NCBI GenBank assembly: GCA_964035545.1
Contig: OZ037768.1
Span: forward strand, 19,389,700-19,453,699
Reading direction: 5' to 3'
DNA: 64,000 nt
Source: Bugula neritina
Taxonomy: Eukaryota; Animalia; Bryozoa
In this document: piece after piece, positions 39,079-53,120 of the stretch
Layout: each line of letters starts with the position of its first letter
How positions within the stretch are numbered: the stretch's first letter is position 1
Notes under the pieces: model-generated
What the model was told of the DNA's origin: nothing
Databases searched by the model: none
The model's input: the letters and a program-made list of their open reading frames with translations, nothing else
Translations under genes and position numbers: made by a program

Positions 39079-39749
39079 ATATCCATCATTAAATAAAAAT
39101 TTTATTTATCAACTAATATTTTGTGGTCTAGACTTGGTTTATACCCCTGACAATGGTATGCAGTTTAGCCACGAATATGAATGAAATATATTTATGAATT
39201 TTAATTTTTAGCGAATTAATCATCTTGCACATTGCATGTGATATTAGTCTTATTATTTGCTCATCAGTTTAATATCAGTAAAACAGTTTGTCATTGTAAC
39301 TTGAGTGCAAAGAATGTTAAAATTGTTTGCAACATGTTACCAGCTTTTCTAAAAATAGTTCCACAAATAATTAACTTCCTTTCTCAAAAAAACTTCAAAG
39401 CTGCCTTGTTTTACTATACTTTTTTTTCAATTTTGTTCCGAAAAATTATTTGTCAAGCATGATATGCTGTTTTATCACTTTTCAAATTGCCAATGAAGTG
39501 TTGGCTATACTTGAACTTGTAAAAATCTCAATTGAAAAGTTGAAAATAAAATATTGAAGCAATGTGCTACAATGAAAGGATGCATAAAACCACTTCAGCA
39601 TTTGTCAGTCCTTTATAATGTTTTTATTAATTTATGTCTTTGTAAATTGCAGCCATATGAACTGTATGCCCTTCCAGCATGAATTGACTATTGCATGATA
39701 TAGTAGAATATTCTGGAATCTTCACTCTTCTGATTGGTTGTAGCTTGTG

Positions 39750-42700
39750 ATGGAAAAATCAATGTCAGTCAAGTCTGTTCTAGAAAGCCTTTGTGTGATT
39801 GGTCAGAAGCAGTTGGAAAAAGGAAACCTGCATAAAGCGAAGGCGGCCTTTGAATACTTGTACAGGAAATCAAAGCATGTCAACAGTAAAGTATATGAAG
39901 AAGCAGCTCTGATAAATTTAGCCGCTACACACATAGAGGCAAACAAACCCGACACTGCAATCAACTGCCTCAAGACTGCAATTGGGCTCACAACTCCCAA
40001 TGCTAACTATGGTGATATTAATTATAACCTCGCTATTGCATATGAGATGTTGGATAATAAAAAGGAGGCTAGTAAAGAGTACGACCTCGCTATACAAGCT
40101 TACTCTCAGTTGACCCCAGTCACCTCGGATACTTTGGCCAATGCGGCAATCAAAGCTGGGATGTTACACATGAAACTAAAGCATTATAGAAGAGCAAACG
40201 AATGCTTTGACATATCCACCTCCAAACTGTCAGAAAACCCATCAGTCATTCAGCTGGCTTCTGTTTTGTGTCTCAAAGCGCAGTGCCTTGTGAAGTCTGA
40301 CAAAACAGTTAGTGAAGCTGTTCAGGTGTCTGAAGAATGTCTCAACTTGTGTAAATCAGAGGATCAAGATTCGTTTGTTGGTAAATCATTATCTTTGTCA
40401 TTATTTTTCAATCAAGTCTTGACTTTTGGTCAAGTCATTATCGTTTGGTCAAGTCATTATCTTTTCGGTCAAGTCATATTTTAAAAACTAAATATGATTT
40501 AAAGCGGTTATCCAGATTTTCAAAGAACCGTTGTTTCTACAAAATTTAAAATTTTGAAATTAATAGAATGGGAATTTTTTCGTTTCATTGCATGACTACC
40601 TTATTTTCGTTACGTATCTACTTGTTTTATGTGCGGTTTGCATTTATGATGGCGTGAAGTTTAGCTTGTATTATAGATGAAATAAACTTTGATTTGCTAT
40701 TTTACAGTAAACCTATGCAACGAGCTGGGCCTTGTGTTCACCCAAAGTAAGCAGTATGAGAAGAGTGTGGAATGTTTTCAGTTAGCACTGAAAGTTATAG
40801 AACATCTAGGAGAAGGTGTGGTACCGAAGGCTAAAGAAGCTGCAATATTGCAAAATTTAGGAGCTGTTTTAAACTCTTTAGGAAAATTCAAGGCAGCTAT
40901 TGCTTACAGCCTCCGAGCTGCCGATATTTATGGTAGGTTAATGCTACTGTACATGTTATACAGAGTCATATTTTTGTGTTACACAAATACGCGCTCGAGC
41001 TGGCTTGCTCCCTCACACACACCCACACGCCACACACGACCCACACTTTTTTTCAAAAGTAGTGCAATTCTGTGATGATGGTAACCACACACACTTTTTA
41101 AGAATAGTACAAGCGTAGCAATTTGCTTAATAAATTATATTTTGTAATAATTGTAACCTCATCTTTCTAGCAATAATAAATTTTGCTTTCTTATGTTTTT
41201 AGTAAGCCTGCATAAGCAACTTTATAGTTGTGTTACTTCGGTCACTATCAGCTAAGATATGCCTTCCACACATCATCTGGTGACAGTTGTCAATAAAAAT
41301 GTTTAGCACATGTATGATATTTTAGGTATGACTGGAGTGCGTAGCTGCCAGTGCCACTGCTTTCTCAACATTGGTTTCAGCTACAGTCAGATAAAATCAG
41401 CACAAGCTGGAGATGAGTGTGAGCAGTACTACCACCACGCTTGGCTTGCTGCCAAAGACACAGGTAATAGTCTCCGGATGTTACTTTTAGTAGGTGCGTG
41501 GAATGTTACTGTTACTCTCTGTTTTGTCTTGTCTAATAAAATCTTCTGTTATGATACCCTTTCTTACTAGCCGTGAAAGTTATTTACCATTGTCAGTATA
41601 CACTTATTAGTTTTTAATGAAATAGATTGTGATTGAATTTTCTTGAACTTAGAGTTTACTTTGTGTTTCTGTAGTGTGGAGTTTACCCAGAAGTTCATGT
41701 GGTGTAATGGTTAGAGTAGGGCCAAACGACGCGGGTTACCCACTCGGGCAACATGCGGGAATCCCGTTTAGCTGAAAATTAGCGTAGGGCCACACGAAGC
41801 GTTTTACACGTGCGTGACATGCGAGAAATCCCGTTTAGCCCAAAAATTGGACGTCGTGAGCGGGATTTTCATTTGTCTAACATGCTGAGCTAGAAGTGTG
41901 GGAAGCTCGTGCGTGTTTGATCTAATTGGTTTATTATCATTTAGCAAGCACAATTTTTTTATTTCAATTTGAGGTTTTAGCTTTTAGCGAAATGAATTAA
42001 AACAGTTTCATATAATTTGCATTTCTGCTTTTATAATATCTAAAGTCACTTTGCCGATGACGTAGTTTTATAAACAAACGTCTGTAGGAGAGCAGTAAAG
42101 TTTAACGCTAACATCATTGGCTAATAAATTTTTGCACTCACAACACACGCACTGTGTGTGGCAGGTTTATGTGGGTACGGGTAAGGGTTTTCTCGCACGT
42201 CACGCGCGTATAAAACGCTTCGTGTGGCCCTATGCTTAGACTGTTGTGTTCGGGTTTTCATGCAAGTAGCATGCTGAGCAGGGAGTGCAGCAAGCCCGTT
42301 TGGATTTGATCTATTTGGCTAATCACCATTTAGCGAGTACAGTTTTTTTATTTCAATTCACGTTTTCATTTTTAGTGAACTGAAATAATACAGTTTCATA
42401 TAGTTTGTATTTCTGCTATTATAATATCTAAAGTCACTTTGCCAATGACTTAGATTTAAAAACAAACGTCTGTAGGCGAGCAGTAAAGTTAAGCCCTAAG
42501 ATTATTAGCTAAAAAATTTCTGCACCCACAACCCACGCGTTCCTGGGACAAGTTTTCGAAAATTTGGACTCGCATGCAGGAAACCTGAGTCATATGGCCC
42601 TACACTTAGCGCGTTTGTTTGCAAGCCAGAGGTCTCTGGTTCGAATCTTAGTAGAGGCAAAATTTTATAGTTTCCAGATTTACCTGTGACTAGGTTGTCT

Positions 42701-45700
42701 GCTGTGACTGTTTGTAGGATTAGTACGTGACCAGTGGCAAGCATGTGAAGGTTTAGCTGGTATATCTCTGTACAAAGGGCAGATTGACAAGGCTATAAGA
42801 TTCTACCAGAGCGCTGTAGGCATGTGTGCTGTCACTGGCTCCAATGCCTCGGAGCAGGAGAGACTGGTCAGAAAGTTGTCTCTTGTGCTACGATTGAAGC
42901 AGTCTGCAAATTCTGCTTCTTCAGCCGGTACTTAAGCTCTTACTATGCGTATTTGTTAGGATTGGATACTTCTAGCTAGGTCTTGTTCTAAAATAAAGCT
43001 TGATAGCTACTAGATAAAGAATTTTATACTTTATTTGTCTATACAATCACATTTAGTAGTAGAGAAATTAGGATAGGCTAGGTTCTTAAAATTTCTTTAT
43101 AAATTTTGGTTTAGGGCTCGCTTAAAGTTCTTGTGAGAGGATAACTTCTTTTGCTACAATTTTAATTTAGCACACAGTCTTTTCTCAGTTTCTCTATTAC
43201 TGCACCTACCTCTATACAATCATTGCAACAGGCGATGACTGTTAAGGTAGTTAAATATCTCAACTTGATAATTGAGTTATAATAGTTTAATTTGATTACT
43301 AGCAGATAGATTAATTGGACTAGTTTTAAATTATCACTATCTACAGACTAGTCAACTTAATAATAGTCAAATCAGTTGTAAAATTGAGAAGACGTGCATC
43401 AAGGTTTTATTGAATGGAACGATTATTCTAGCAGGTTCTCAGGTGCCTAACTTATCTCCTGCTGCTGTCACTACTACTGCCACTACTGCTGCCATTACTG
43501 CTGCCGGTTATCTATCTTCTCAGTATGTAACACCAGTACCAAGTACACCTGCACTACCTTTTCAGATATCAAACTCAGTAAGTTTGCACTCTGGCGTTTT
43601 AAGATATATTATATTTACTAAATCTTAGAGTGAAAGTATAAACTGTTTTTTCTTCGAAGTTTGTATTATGGGACAATTTGTTGCTGAAATGCTGAGTTGT
43701 TGAAAATAATGGAAAATATCATGGTTTTTTTATTTTTCCCAAGTTGCCATTGTATAAATTTAATTCCCCGTTGAAAATTTCTGTATTTTGGATTACCTTG
43801 TATTTGTATTTGTATTTAGAGCCATTCTCTCACATGACAAATCTCAAGTCAAAATGCACTTCATCTGATATCATGTAATAGGTTAAACTTGATTTCTCAT
43901 TTACACTTCTTGTTTTGCGCTGCGTTCTCTGTCTAATTTTAATATCTACTGTTTGGCCTTCACTATCCACTCCTTCATCATTTACCCCTCTCAATTTAGT
44001 CATCACTATCCACTCCTTTCTATCTAGTCTTTACTACCCACTCCTAGCTATCTGATCTTCTGCATCCACTCCTTCCTACCTAATCTTTTCTATTCTCATT
44101 CTAAGTCTAGTTCTCATTATCCGTTCTTCATTATTTACTCCTCACTATCCAGACTAGCACTTTGTTTCAGCACTCTTCTGCAGTCATCTTGGCAACTTCT
44201 GCTGCTGTTAGACCTACTGTAGATGTCAGCACCTATGCAGGACACAACAATGACACTGGTCTTTACGGTGGAAAAAAGAGAAAGCGCAAACGTTTCTCGT
44301 GAGTTATAATTGTATTTGAATTTGCGTAAGCTCTTGCAGCCATGATCTGTTAGTTGAAGCACGGTCTAATGTACACTTAGTCATGTATTTTAATCCTGGC
44401 TGGGCCATCGGTGATGTCAGAATAATAATAGTTGCTGTGCCACAGTATGCTTAAAAGTCCTTTCATCATAGCTTCTTACGAGGATGGAGACTTTAATCAA
44501 ACATGAACATTTTTATTTTCTTCGGCTCTTGCATGTCTGTAATGGAATAATAAAATCGTTTTATAATGTTTTGCCAGGCGGCGCTCTAAACAAGAAGGTC
44601 ATGCTTTACATGAGCCAGTGCATCGAGGATTGGGCACATATAAGTCTATAGATGGAGAAGGGAATCTCCATAATTTTCCTGGGGATTACATGTATGTGTC
44701 TTGTGCAATTTAGCTCATATGCTGTTTTCCATATGTAATAATTAGTCATTGCACACTTAAGATATGATAGCTTTGTTATTAAGAGAGCACCTATTTAGGA
44801 AACAATTACTCCTTCTATTAACTAACATCACTAGAATTATTATTATGATAATATAAACTAGAAAACGTTTGGTAAATCTGTATTTAATACATAAATTCTC
44901 TGTTGCTAAAATGGTTTTAATAGTTTTATGTGTAGGTTAGAATCGTATGTTTATTAGCTTCACAGAATCTTAGAAATTATGTTTTAATGTCTTTTTTGAT
45001 TTGATATTTTGTGCACTGGCTTGATTTTAACAACAAAAGCTGTCTTCTGATGCTATGAATATAATATAAGTATTATAGTATATAAGGTGTTTACTGGGTT
45101 GGTTCTTTGCTATACAATGTTTATTGATGGTCTTAGTTTGTTTCATAAGGCATTGCTCTGCAGTAACATATTTCATTAGCTGACCTTTCACTGTACTTTC
45201 TTAGAGTGAACAAAGGAAGAAGAAGACACTACAACCATGACGATGCTTCCAGTATTGTTGTTGGGTTAAAAATCAAAGGGTTAGCTGTCACTCTTGAGGA
45301 ACCAGAGTGAGTAGATTTTGCTCAACTTCTATAGCCTCGATTTGCTACTAATATTGTTATTTTAAAGGTTGTTTTAAACTGTGCATACTTTGACATATGC
45401 TGTTCAAATCGCTATCATAATAATTTTTCAGCCTCTCATAATTAGTCTATTGTAACTTAAGAATGTAAATTCCAATGTTGAAGATGTTGAATGTTCGGAT
45501 AGAGCAATATCAAAATCTGCATAACGAATATTTGCGCTCATAAAAATGACTAGAGTAAAAAATATGTTTGAAATTTGTTTAATCCCAATCATTGCGTACA
45601 TAGTATGCTGGTGTTGAATCATATCCTATAGCATTGTAACTAAACCAACAAGCTTCTAACTTTAAATTCAAAATTTTATATCATGTCATCAAGCAGACAA

Positions 45701-48700
45701 TGTCATTTACTCAAAATTTTGATGACAGGGAACCAAGAGTGAGCGGAGGTAAAAGTAATCATTTTGACCAGCTAGACTCTAGTGATGTGGTGGTAGTTCG
45801 GCCTATGAGCAGAGGTTTGAAGCATCGCCGTAGTAAACTAGATCTTGATTCAGAGTTAGAAAAGGTGGAGAGGGATTTCAGTTCTGAAGATGATGAAAGT
45901 ATAACGTAAGATTCTATACTAGATATTGTCTCAAAACACCAGACAAGTTGAACTGATAAATAGTGTCATATTATGTAGTCAAACATGTTTGTTCTATTTA
46001 CCAGTTACTTTTGTTATACATTAAATTTCTATGCAAAGCATTTGTAGCCTGAATAAATTGCATAAATTAAATAATACTATAATAATCATGATCACCTGGG
46101 AGCTGTTGCAATGTTGATTTTATGTATGAATTATGCTTCCTTTTAAAAACTCAAAGAGCGAAAGATTATATAATATTTATTATGTTTCATGAAATAATTA
46201 ATGTAAATTTATAATAACGTATTATCTTTCACCACAAAGTATGAATGACTAGCAATAACTCCATACAATACAAAAAAGTACTCACCTGAGATATATTAGC
46301 TAGAATTGATATGGACAATTTTCTGAGAAATTTCTGAAAAAATTTAAATTTATGCTACATGCCTCAAAATCTTAGAGCAAACCTTTTAATTAATTGGCTT
46401 AATTATGAGACATATTTTGTTCTGTGACTGACAATATACGGCATTCATGCTGTTTGCCTGCATCCCATCACAAATATCACATAGCATTGTGATGGTTTCA
46501 GCATTTTAAGTATGTTAAGTGGTGTTGTGCTCTGAGAATTTGTTGCATGCCAGTGCTAAGTTTGCTTATATAAATTAACAACCCAGTAAATATTAATTTT
46601 GAAACAAGTTTTTAGCTGCTAACCAGTTCTTTTACTTTGTTTTTGCAAGTTGTCCTAACACGATGATTTATAGGTTTGTATAAATTTCTTTTGTGCAATG
46701 CTTACATCTTTCTACTTTACATGAAAATTTTTGTGCTTTTTTGTGCTAGGTAGACTCTAAATATAACCTTGAGCTTTTTGACATGAGAATACAAGAGGTC
46801 TTTAGGATTGCTAAAATTTAAATGGAAAAATGTATCAAGCTTTAGGACAAAAGTAGCTGAATTTGCCTTAAATTTTCTCTGCAACACGAAGATAAACATT
46901 TTGAAAATCTGCAATTTGAACACTCTGTCTATGATATTATATAGAGACAGTAGCAGCTGGGTGAGTGAAAGCGATGAATTGGAGGCGGTAATGAATAGTA
47001 CAGTTATTGAGAACAGATCATATGGGTCGTAAGTTATTTCTTTACAAAATAAAATAGTTTATTTTTCTAGAAACTAGTAACTACACATATAAGTTTGTCG
47101 TAAAAGCTCTTAATTTGAAATAATGATTCAACTCACAAACTTTCTGTTGAATTAGGTTCTGCTGATTAGTATTTTTAAATGTTGAAATTTGTAAAAATTT
47201 TGCTGAAAATGTGAACCATTTCTTGTAGATTTGTAAAAGGTGAAGCCATTGAATCAACCAACTCATCTGCTAGTGAGTCAACACCTAAACGACCCGATAA
47301 AGGAAAGCGTTTAATCTCTGCCAAGAAAAGGTACTTTTCATGAGCTACGTAGTAAACTGGTAAATAATGCAAGTACTCCGTGACTGGTACTAAATCAGCG
47401 GTATTCTGCACCTCAGTTGCCTGTTAATTAATTTTGTGTTTCCCTAGATGTTTGGTTATCTGAATTGTCTCTTGCAGTTGTTTCAAGGTTTCCCAACGCA
47501 CTGGAGACCCACTTCTACAAGCTGCTGATGCTGACCAGCATTCTGATAGCGAGCATTCAGATTTGAGTGATGACAAGGTCATCGAAAGGTGAGTCTGTAA
47601 TTGTAGACTTATTCTTCAGGTGTTGTAAAAACCTATGTAAAAGTCAATTTCATTAGATGACTGCCTAGTTATATATTTTGCATCATCTGAGCCTCTTTGT
47701 CACATGTAACTTGTAATTGCTATTTTCTTGTCTTTACACAGCGCTATATAAGAAATGAAATAAATCTCTGCTGTAGAAATATTACCTGAGATATAATACA
47801 GATCTTTTTAAATTAGATGTTTTCTAAATAATTATAGCAAGGTCTTTATTAATTTATTAACACCAGTTTGGCATTGTTGACATATATATTAATTATTCTC
47901 CTATGCATGTACTTTAATAGTTCACCCAACGATCAGCCTAGAAAAAAGATTGTCTTTAAAGAAGATGAAAACCTTACAATCTATGATACTGGGGCTCAGA
48001 ATTTGAGAGAATATGAAAGAAAACTTAGCCGTTTGGGTAAAATATCAAATCAATCAACATTAGTTTTAATTATATACTATTAATTTTGCCACATTTCAGA
48101 TATGCATCTGAATTGCAATTCTCTTTGAAGCTGGTAAATTTGACATATATAGTAGGTAAATGCACAGTTAATTTCTATCAGCTATTATTTTGCTTAGGTT
48201 CAAAGTTATTAAAAGAAAATGTATTGCCTAACCCTAACTGTATATAAATGTGATATATGGATTAATGCTATTTAAATTATGTTATTGTTCTCACCTAGAT
48301 GCAACTGTAGTCCTGTATGTGACAAATTTGGTTTTGCTTATATAATAATATGTTTAATAATTTTCTTATAATGTCATTAATTTTGTTATATTTGTTTTCG
48401 GGCAGGCTGAGTGGTCATTTTATAATAATATTGTTATACTATTTTTCAATAACACCTTTACCAAAATGTAATGGCATAACAAGAAACATACATCAAAATT
48501 TGGCAGTATCCATAGCATTATGAACTCTTATCAACTAAATATTTTTGCAAGTATATGCAACTTTGCTACAAGGCCTGCTTTTTGAATAGCTAATAAACTG
48601 TTTGATTTTTAGAATCATCTGATGTAAGTTCTGGCGAAAGTGAAATGAGCGGTGACTCAGATACGTATCATTCTGAAGATGGTAACTTATTATGCTATAA

Positions 48701-50185
48701 TATTCTTGACACTGCAATAAATTATATAATTTATAGCATTTAGTTTAACAAAATTTTGAGTTATTATTATAACACAAGGAAACTTGGTGTAATTGTCTTC
48801 TCGGCCAGACTGAATTTTTTGACTGAAAATCAAGAAAGTGTAAATAAAGTATTTTTAAACAGGCTGTATTATTATGCATGGTTTATTCCTTTATGTAAAC
48901 AGGTGTGTTTCAAGAGACTTGAATGATGGCCACTATTTAGGCCTTTATAATGTTTCTATTTTTGTTAAACAGTTTCATATAAAACCGGTAGATATATACT
49001 TGCCTTCTAATTGTAGACAATGAAACCAGTGAGAAGAAACTATCAGTTGATCCTGCAACTGGTGTGAATTTCTTTAGGACCAAAGGTAAGTTACAAACTT
49101 CTTTTGTGAGCAAATGAAGGAGGGACTATGATTATATAATATTATATGGACTGGTATTTATTGCAACATTATTTTTCTACTATATGTATTTTTACCATAA
49201 TATTATGTTGATGATAAAGTCTATCAGAGCACTTGGCACTCTGGGTTGAAGTTGTCTTCACTTGTATACTACAAACTATATTAGAGCTATTTTGAGCTGA
49301 GGGGGTCTTGATAATTGGTTGAGGTCTCAACAGCCAAGAGTAAAACATCAGCAGTATATCTTACAGCATAATTAGTATTTATTGGTTAAAGCCCTAAATT
49401 AAATAGGCTAATGAAATTCAGCCAATAGCATTCACTTTGTATTTCATGTTTTGGTGTATTACACTAGCTGTCAAGGTGATTGAGCCAACCTATGCAACCA
49501 TAGAAATTGCTACCACGTCAGCCCCTCTACAGAATGCTCCTCCAAAACTTCCGGCTAGAAACTACAAAGACCAGACAGCTGCAAGTGATGATAACTCCGA
49601 TGAAAAAGTTGAAAGTGATCTGGATGAAGTCAGTTCAGGTGGCTTTGCTGAGATGAGCAGAGGTGAAAGGTGTGTACGTTTGTTTTGAAATATTCGCTAT
49701 AGAAATATGCTAGTCTAGTAAAATGACTTAGTAAGTTGACCAAGAGTAGTTCTTGGATCCTGGATGAAACTGTTTTACCAACTGCCAATAGGAAAGGATG
49801 TTTTACGGTTACCAGGAAGATGCGATACAATTTCTGTAGAAGCTATTATCATTCTGCATTCTTCAAACAGTTTTTCTGAAGGCAAAACCATTTACTGGTT
49901 ATAAATATTTTGTTGATGTGCCCACATTTATATCCTAGTCCCTTTTGATATAGCTATGCAACAAGTGGTACTGGTAGTTATGATATTACACTGGATGAAA
50001 GTCATACTGAAGTACTGCACATTTCTTTTAGGCAGTCGTTGATAACATAAGATAAATTGTTTTATTGCAGAGAGCAATTTTTGTACGAGAGACAAAAGAG
50101 ACAGAGTAAAAATGTTAAAGTGGTTAAGTGGAAAGCTAGCAAGACAGATAAACAGCAAAAATCAAAAGCATGTGTGGTCATGTGA
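39750..50185 (+). CDS. TTC24: Tetratricopeptide repeat protein 24-like, with a long low-complexity C-terminal half and CaaX; ~17 exons
   Basis: TPR exons 39750-40380, 40708-40932, 41326-41463, 42718-42927 (QWQACEGLA..GQIDKAIRFYQSA...ERLVRKL, as recalled for TTC24). Further GT-AG exons, less certain: ~43435-43577, 44171-44298, 44578-44691, 45205-45306, 45729-45905, 46945-47028, 47229-47330, 47479-47588, 47921-48036, 48613-48681, 49017-49085, 49469-49669. Last exon 50071-50185 ends KSKACVVM*. Confidence 0.8.
41714..42605. mobile_element. PIF/Harbinger-like MITE (outer), TTA TSD
   Basis: TIRs gagtagggccaaacgacgcgggtt / aacctgagtcatatggccctacac; TTA at 41711-41713 and 42606-42608. Confidence 0.8.
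41782..42235. mobile_element. PIF/Harbinger-like MITE (inner, related family), TTA TSD
   Basis: TIRs gcgtagggccacacgaagcgtttt / aaaacgcttcgtgtggccctatgc, extending to ~50 bp; TTA at 41779-41781 and 42236-42238; internal sequence homologous to the outer element. Confidence 0.85.
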
Positions 50186-50791
50186 CCATGGAGGTTATAG
50201 ATGTGATGAATTTCTTAAACTTGATGACTCTACCGAATAAACTATTTTGAAATATGGTCTATTTGCAAGAAATTGATTACAAGAAAATATTATTGATGAC
50301 TTGAATTTCTTTTAAATGTTTGTTTTTATTGATGCAAAAGATTTTTTAAATATAGGTATATTATGTTGTATTACATGCTGCTATAACAACATTTTAAACC
50401 CTTGAAAATAAGGTCAATTTTCAACCTTATGCTTAATGAATTTTTGTGTACACCACAATATGCCATTAGATGCCAACACGTGGTTTGACTACTATTTTGT
50501 GAAGGCTGAAAAGTGGAGGGCTAGCTGTGAGCCAGGAAAGTTTTGCTAGCGCGTCTCTATCTGTAATCATTATGATCTATTTCAATTGTTTGACTTTATC
50601 AACCAATTTTAGCCATTAGATATTTTTATATTCAGCCATTTTAGATGTTTTATTAATAAATACTTTTTTTAAATACAGTAATTGATTTTATAGATATTTC
50701 ATCACTATATCAACTCGAAATTCCGCACATACCCTTCATGATTCTACAAACTCTATATTCTATATACAAGTCAGTCTATATACATATAAGT

Positions 50792-51037
50792 TCAGACAAA
50801 GGGCCTTCCACTAACATCTCCTGAGCCACCAGTTTGATGTGTCTGACCCATATTTATAGCTGATGCTTCTTTTTTCAACATTCCAACTACATTTGCTAAG
50901 GCATGTGGGTTTACCCCAGTCTCTATTAGCCTGACACATATGGCCAATTGTTCTTCTGTCAACCCTGTGCCTAAAACTCCACTGATTTCAGATAGTAACT
51001 TCATTGTCTCAGCACTAGTAGTCTTTTCGGCTGGCAT
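50792..51037 (-). CDS. MZT1: Mitotic-spindle organizing protein 1 (MOZART1), 81 aa, single coding exon
   Basis: ETMKLLSEISGVLGTGLTEEQLAICVRLIETGVNPHALANVV matches the MZT1 signature (EIS.LL.TGL....L.ICV.L.E.G.NP.AL..V); ATG at 51037; acceptor ttgcag just upstream (51062-51063). Confidence 0.93.
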   Translation of the reverse strand: MPAEKTTSAETMKLLSEISGVLGTGLTEEQLAICVRLIETGVNPHALANVVGMLKKEASAINMGQTHQTGGSGDVSGRPFV

Positions 51038-52599
51038 GCTGGAAATACCAGGGTTGAAAAGCTGCAATATATACAGTATGTACTAATATATATAATTATA
51101 CCATATTCAAGCACTTTGCGCCTATCAACAAGCTTACAGACATGTACCTATAAAAAGACATAGTAATCTTTGCTTGCAATATGAATTCATATCAGGTACA
51201 AAAATTATGAGGCTGGTGACACTCGCATCAGATAAGCCTGCCAAGGAGCTTCATTAGTTATAAACGTGCTGTTGATATACAAAAACTAGTCACAGAAAAC
51301 TGCAAAAGTACTGAGTATATAATTATGAAGAGTATAAAGAAAATGAAAATAGCCAAATATAAAATTTGCATCAAGAGAAAAGGCATAGATGAAGGTACAA
51401 CATCGAGCAATTCCATAAATGCCACAGCTGTGAAACTAACTTCAAAAATGATAACATGAATGAGAGAGCTGATGAGTGAAAAATTACTCTGCATAGTCTT
51501 TTAGGAGAGTAGCAGAAATTAAGACAATATTGAAACTGGCTAAAACTTGGATGGTTGAACAAGATAGACTCTTAGCTGCTTTAGGCCAGAGACTCTCACT
51601 GAAAATACTGGCCATATTAAAAGAACAAGGCAGCAAAAAGTGCTATATAGTAGCTATAAGAAATGAAACCTTGAAGCAAGTACACAGTAAATGTGAAAAG
51701 TGACCAGGAGAATGTAAGAAGAAATATCCTTAAATGGATTCAATAATACACCAAAAGTAGCATAGAGTTCATTTGTTCTAAAGAACCAGAAGCAAGAACC
51801 AATTTGGTCATCAAGTGGAATAGATGACACTTTAAATTGAAATAGATGTGAAGATTGAACAATGATTTAGCAGACACTGATAAGCTGCTAAAATAAGCTA
51901 ACATTCATTTAAACTATCAGTACCATACACATAATTTATTTTTCATTGTCAATCTCAACAATATATTCAGCAGTAACTAAAGATTGAGATTAACTGTAAG
52001 TCTAACAACTATTACTATAAGTATACAGGACAGTCGAAAGTATATGCATCTTTGGTGTTTTATATTATTTATTTATGATCACCATACAACGTTAGTCCAA
52101 CTCAGTTCAAGTGTCACTTTTACTTTCAGCTGAATCACAATAACCATGATCATTATTAGGATATCCAGTACCACTATCACTGATATTCAATATGAATGTA
52201 ATTTTTCAAGTCAGTAACTAAAGCTAACATTAGTAACTGTGAGTGTGAGTTTAGATGAGATCCATTACTAAATCTAAACATTAATGAAACATTCAGAGCG
52301 AATACTAAATAGGTATTATAATCATAATTAATTGTAAATACTTAAAATATGGAAATAACATAGGTCTCAGTATTATAATTTATAACTATAGTACAAGTAT
52401 AAGTCTGGTAGGGGATAAAATTAAATTTAAATATTATAATTTAAATCACTATTATCTATTGTTAATAAATCTAAAACTAATGTATCATACAGTGTATGAC
52501 ATTGACTATAAATAGTATATTTAATTTAATAGTCAATATCAATAAATTTATAAAAAACTAAATTGAAAAAAACTACCACGTTTACATTTAATTTAAGTA

Positions 52600-53120
52600 A
52601 AAGTCTATTACTCTCAGTCTTACTATTACTATTAGTGCTACTGTGCATGTTAATGTTGTCGCATCCAAGCTAATGCTAGAAGTAGAAGTAGTACTGCTAC
52701 TAGTACTACTACTACTATTACTACTACTACTAGTACTACTACTACTAATACTGGTAGTAGTAGTATTAGTTTTAGTAGTACAGGTAGTGGTACTTTCACT
52801 ACCCTACGGGTACCAGTAACTGTAAGTGTAACTTGTAATACTACTAGTAGACACTAGTACTACTACTACTACTACTAGGTCTAGTAGATAAGTAGACGTC
52901 GACGATAATATTAATACTATTAGTATTACTATTAGTATTAGTATTACTATTAGTATTGTAATTATATTTATAAACATGAGTAGTGGTATTACTAGTAATA
53001 GTAGTACTACAAGTACATGTAGATGTAGTACTAGTAGTACTAGTAGTACTTGTACTTCACTACTTGTACTTGTAGTACTACTACAAGTAGTAGTAGTAGT
53101 AATTGAGACTGAGTGAGTGC
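52600..53120. repeat. Cryptic (TAC/TAG/TAT)n low-complexity tract
   Basis: Alternating actactact and agtagtagt runs on both strands. Confidence 0.9.

Larger units (their letters stand above)
41671..42670 (+). mobile_element. Family A tRNA-derived element split by nested MITEs
   Basis: Removing 41714-42608 rejoins gtggtgtaatggtta|gcgcgtttgtttgcaagccagaggtctctggttcgaatc (A box, TGC anticodon position, B box). Confidence 0.8.
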
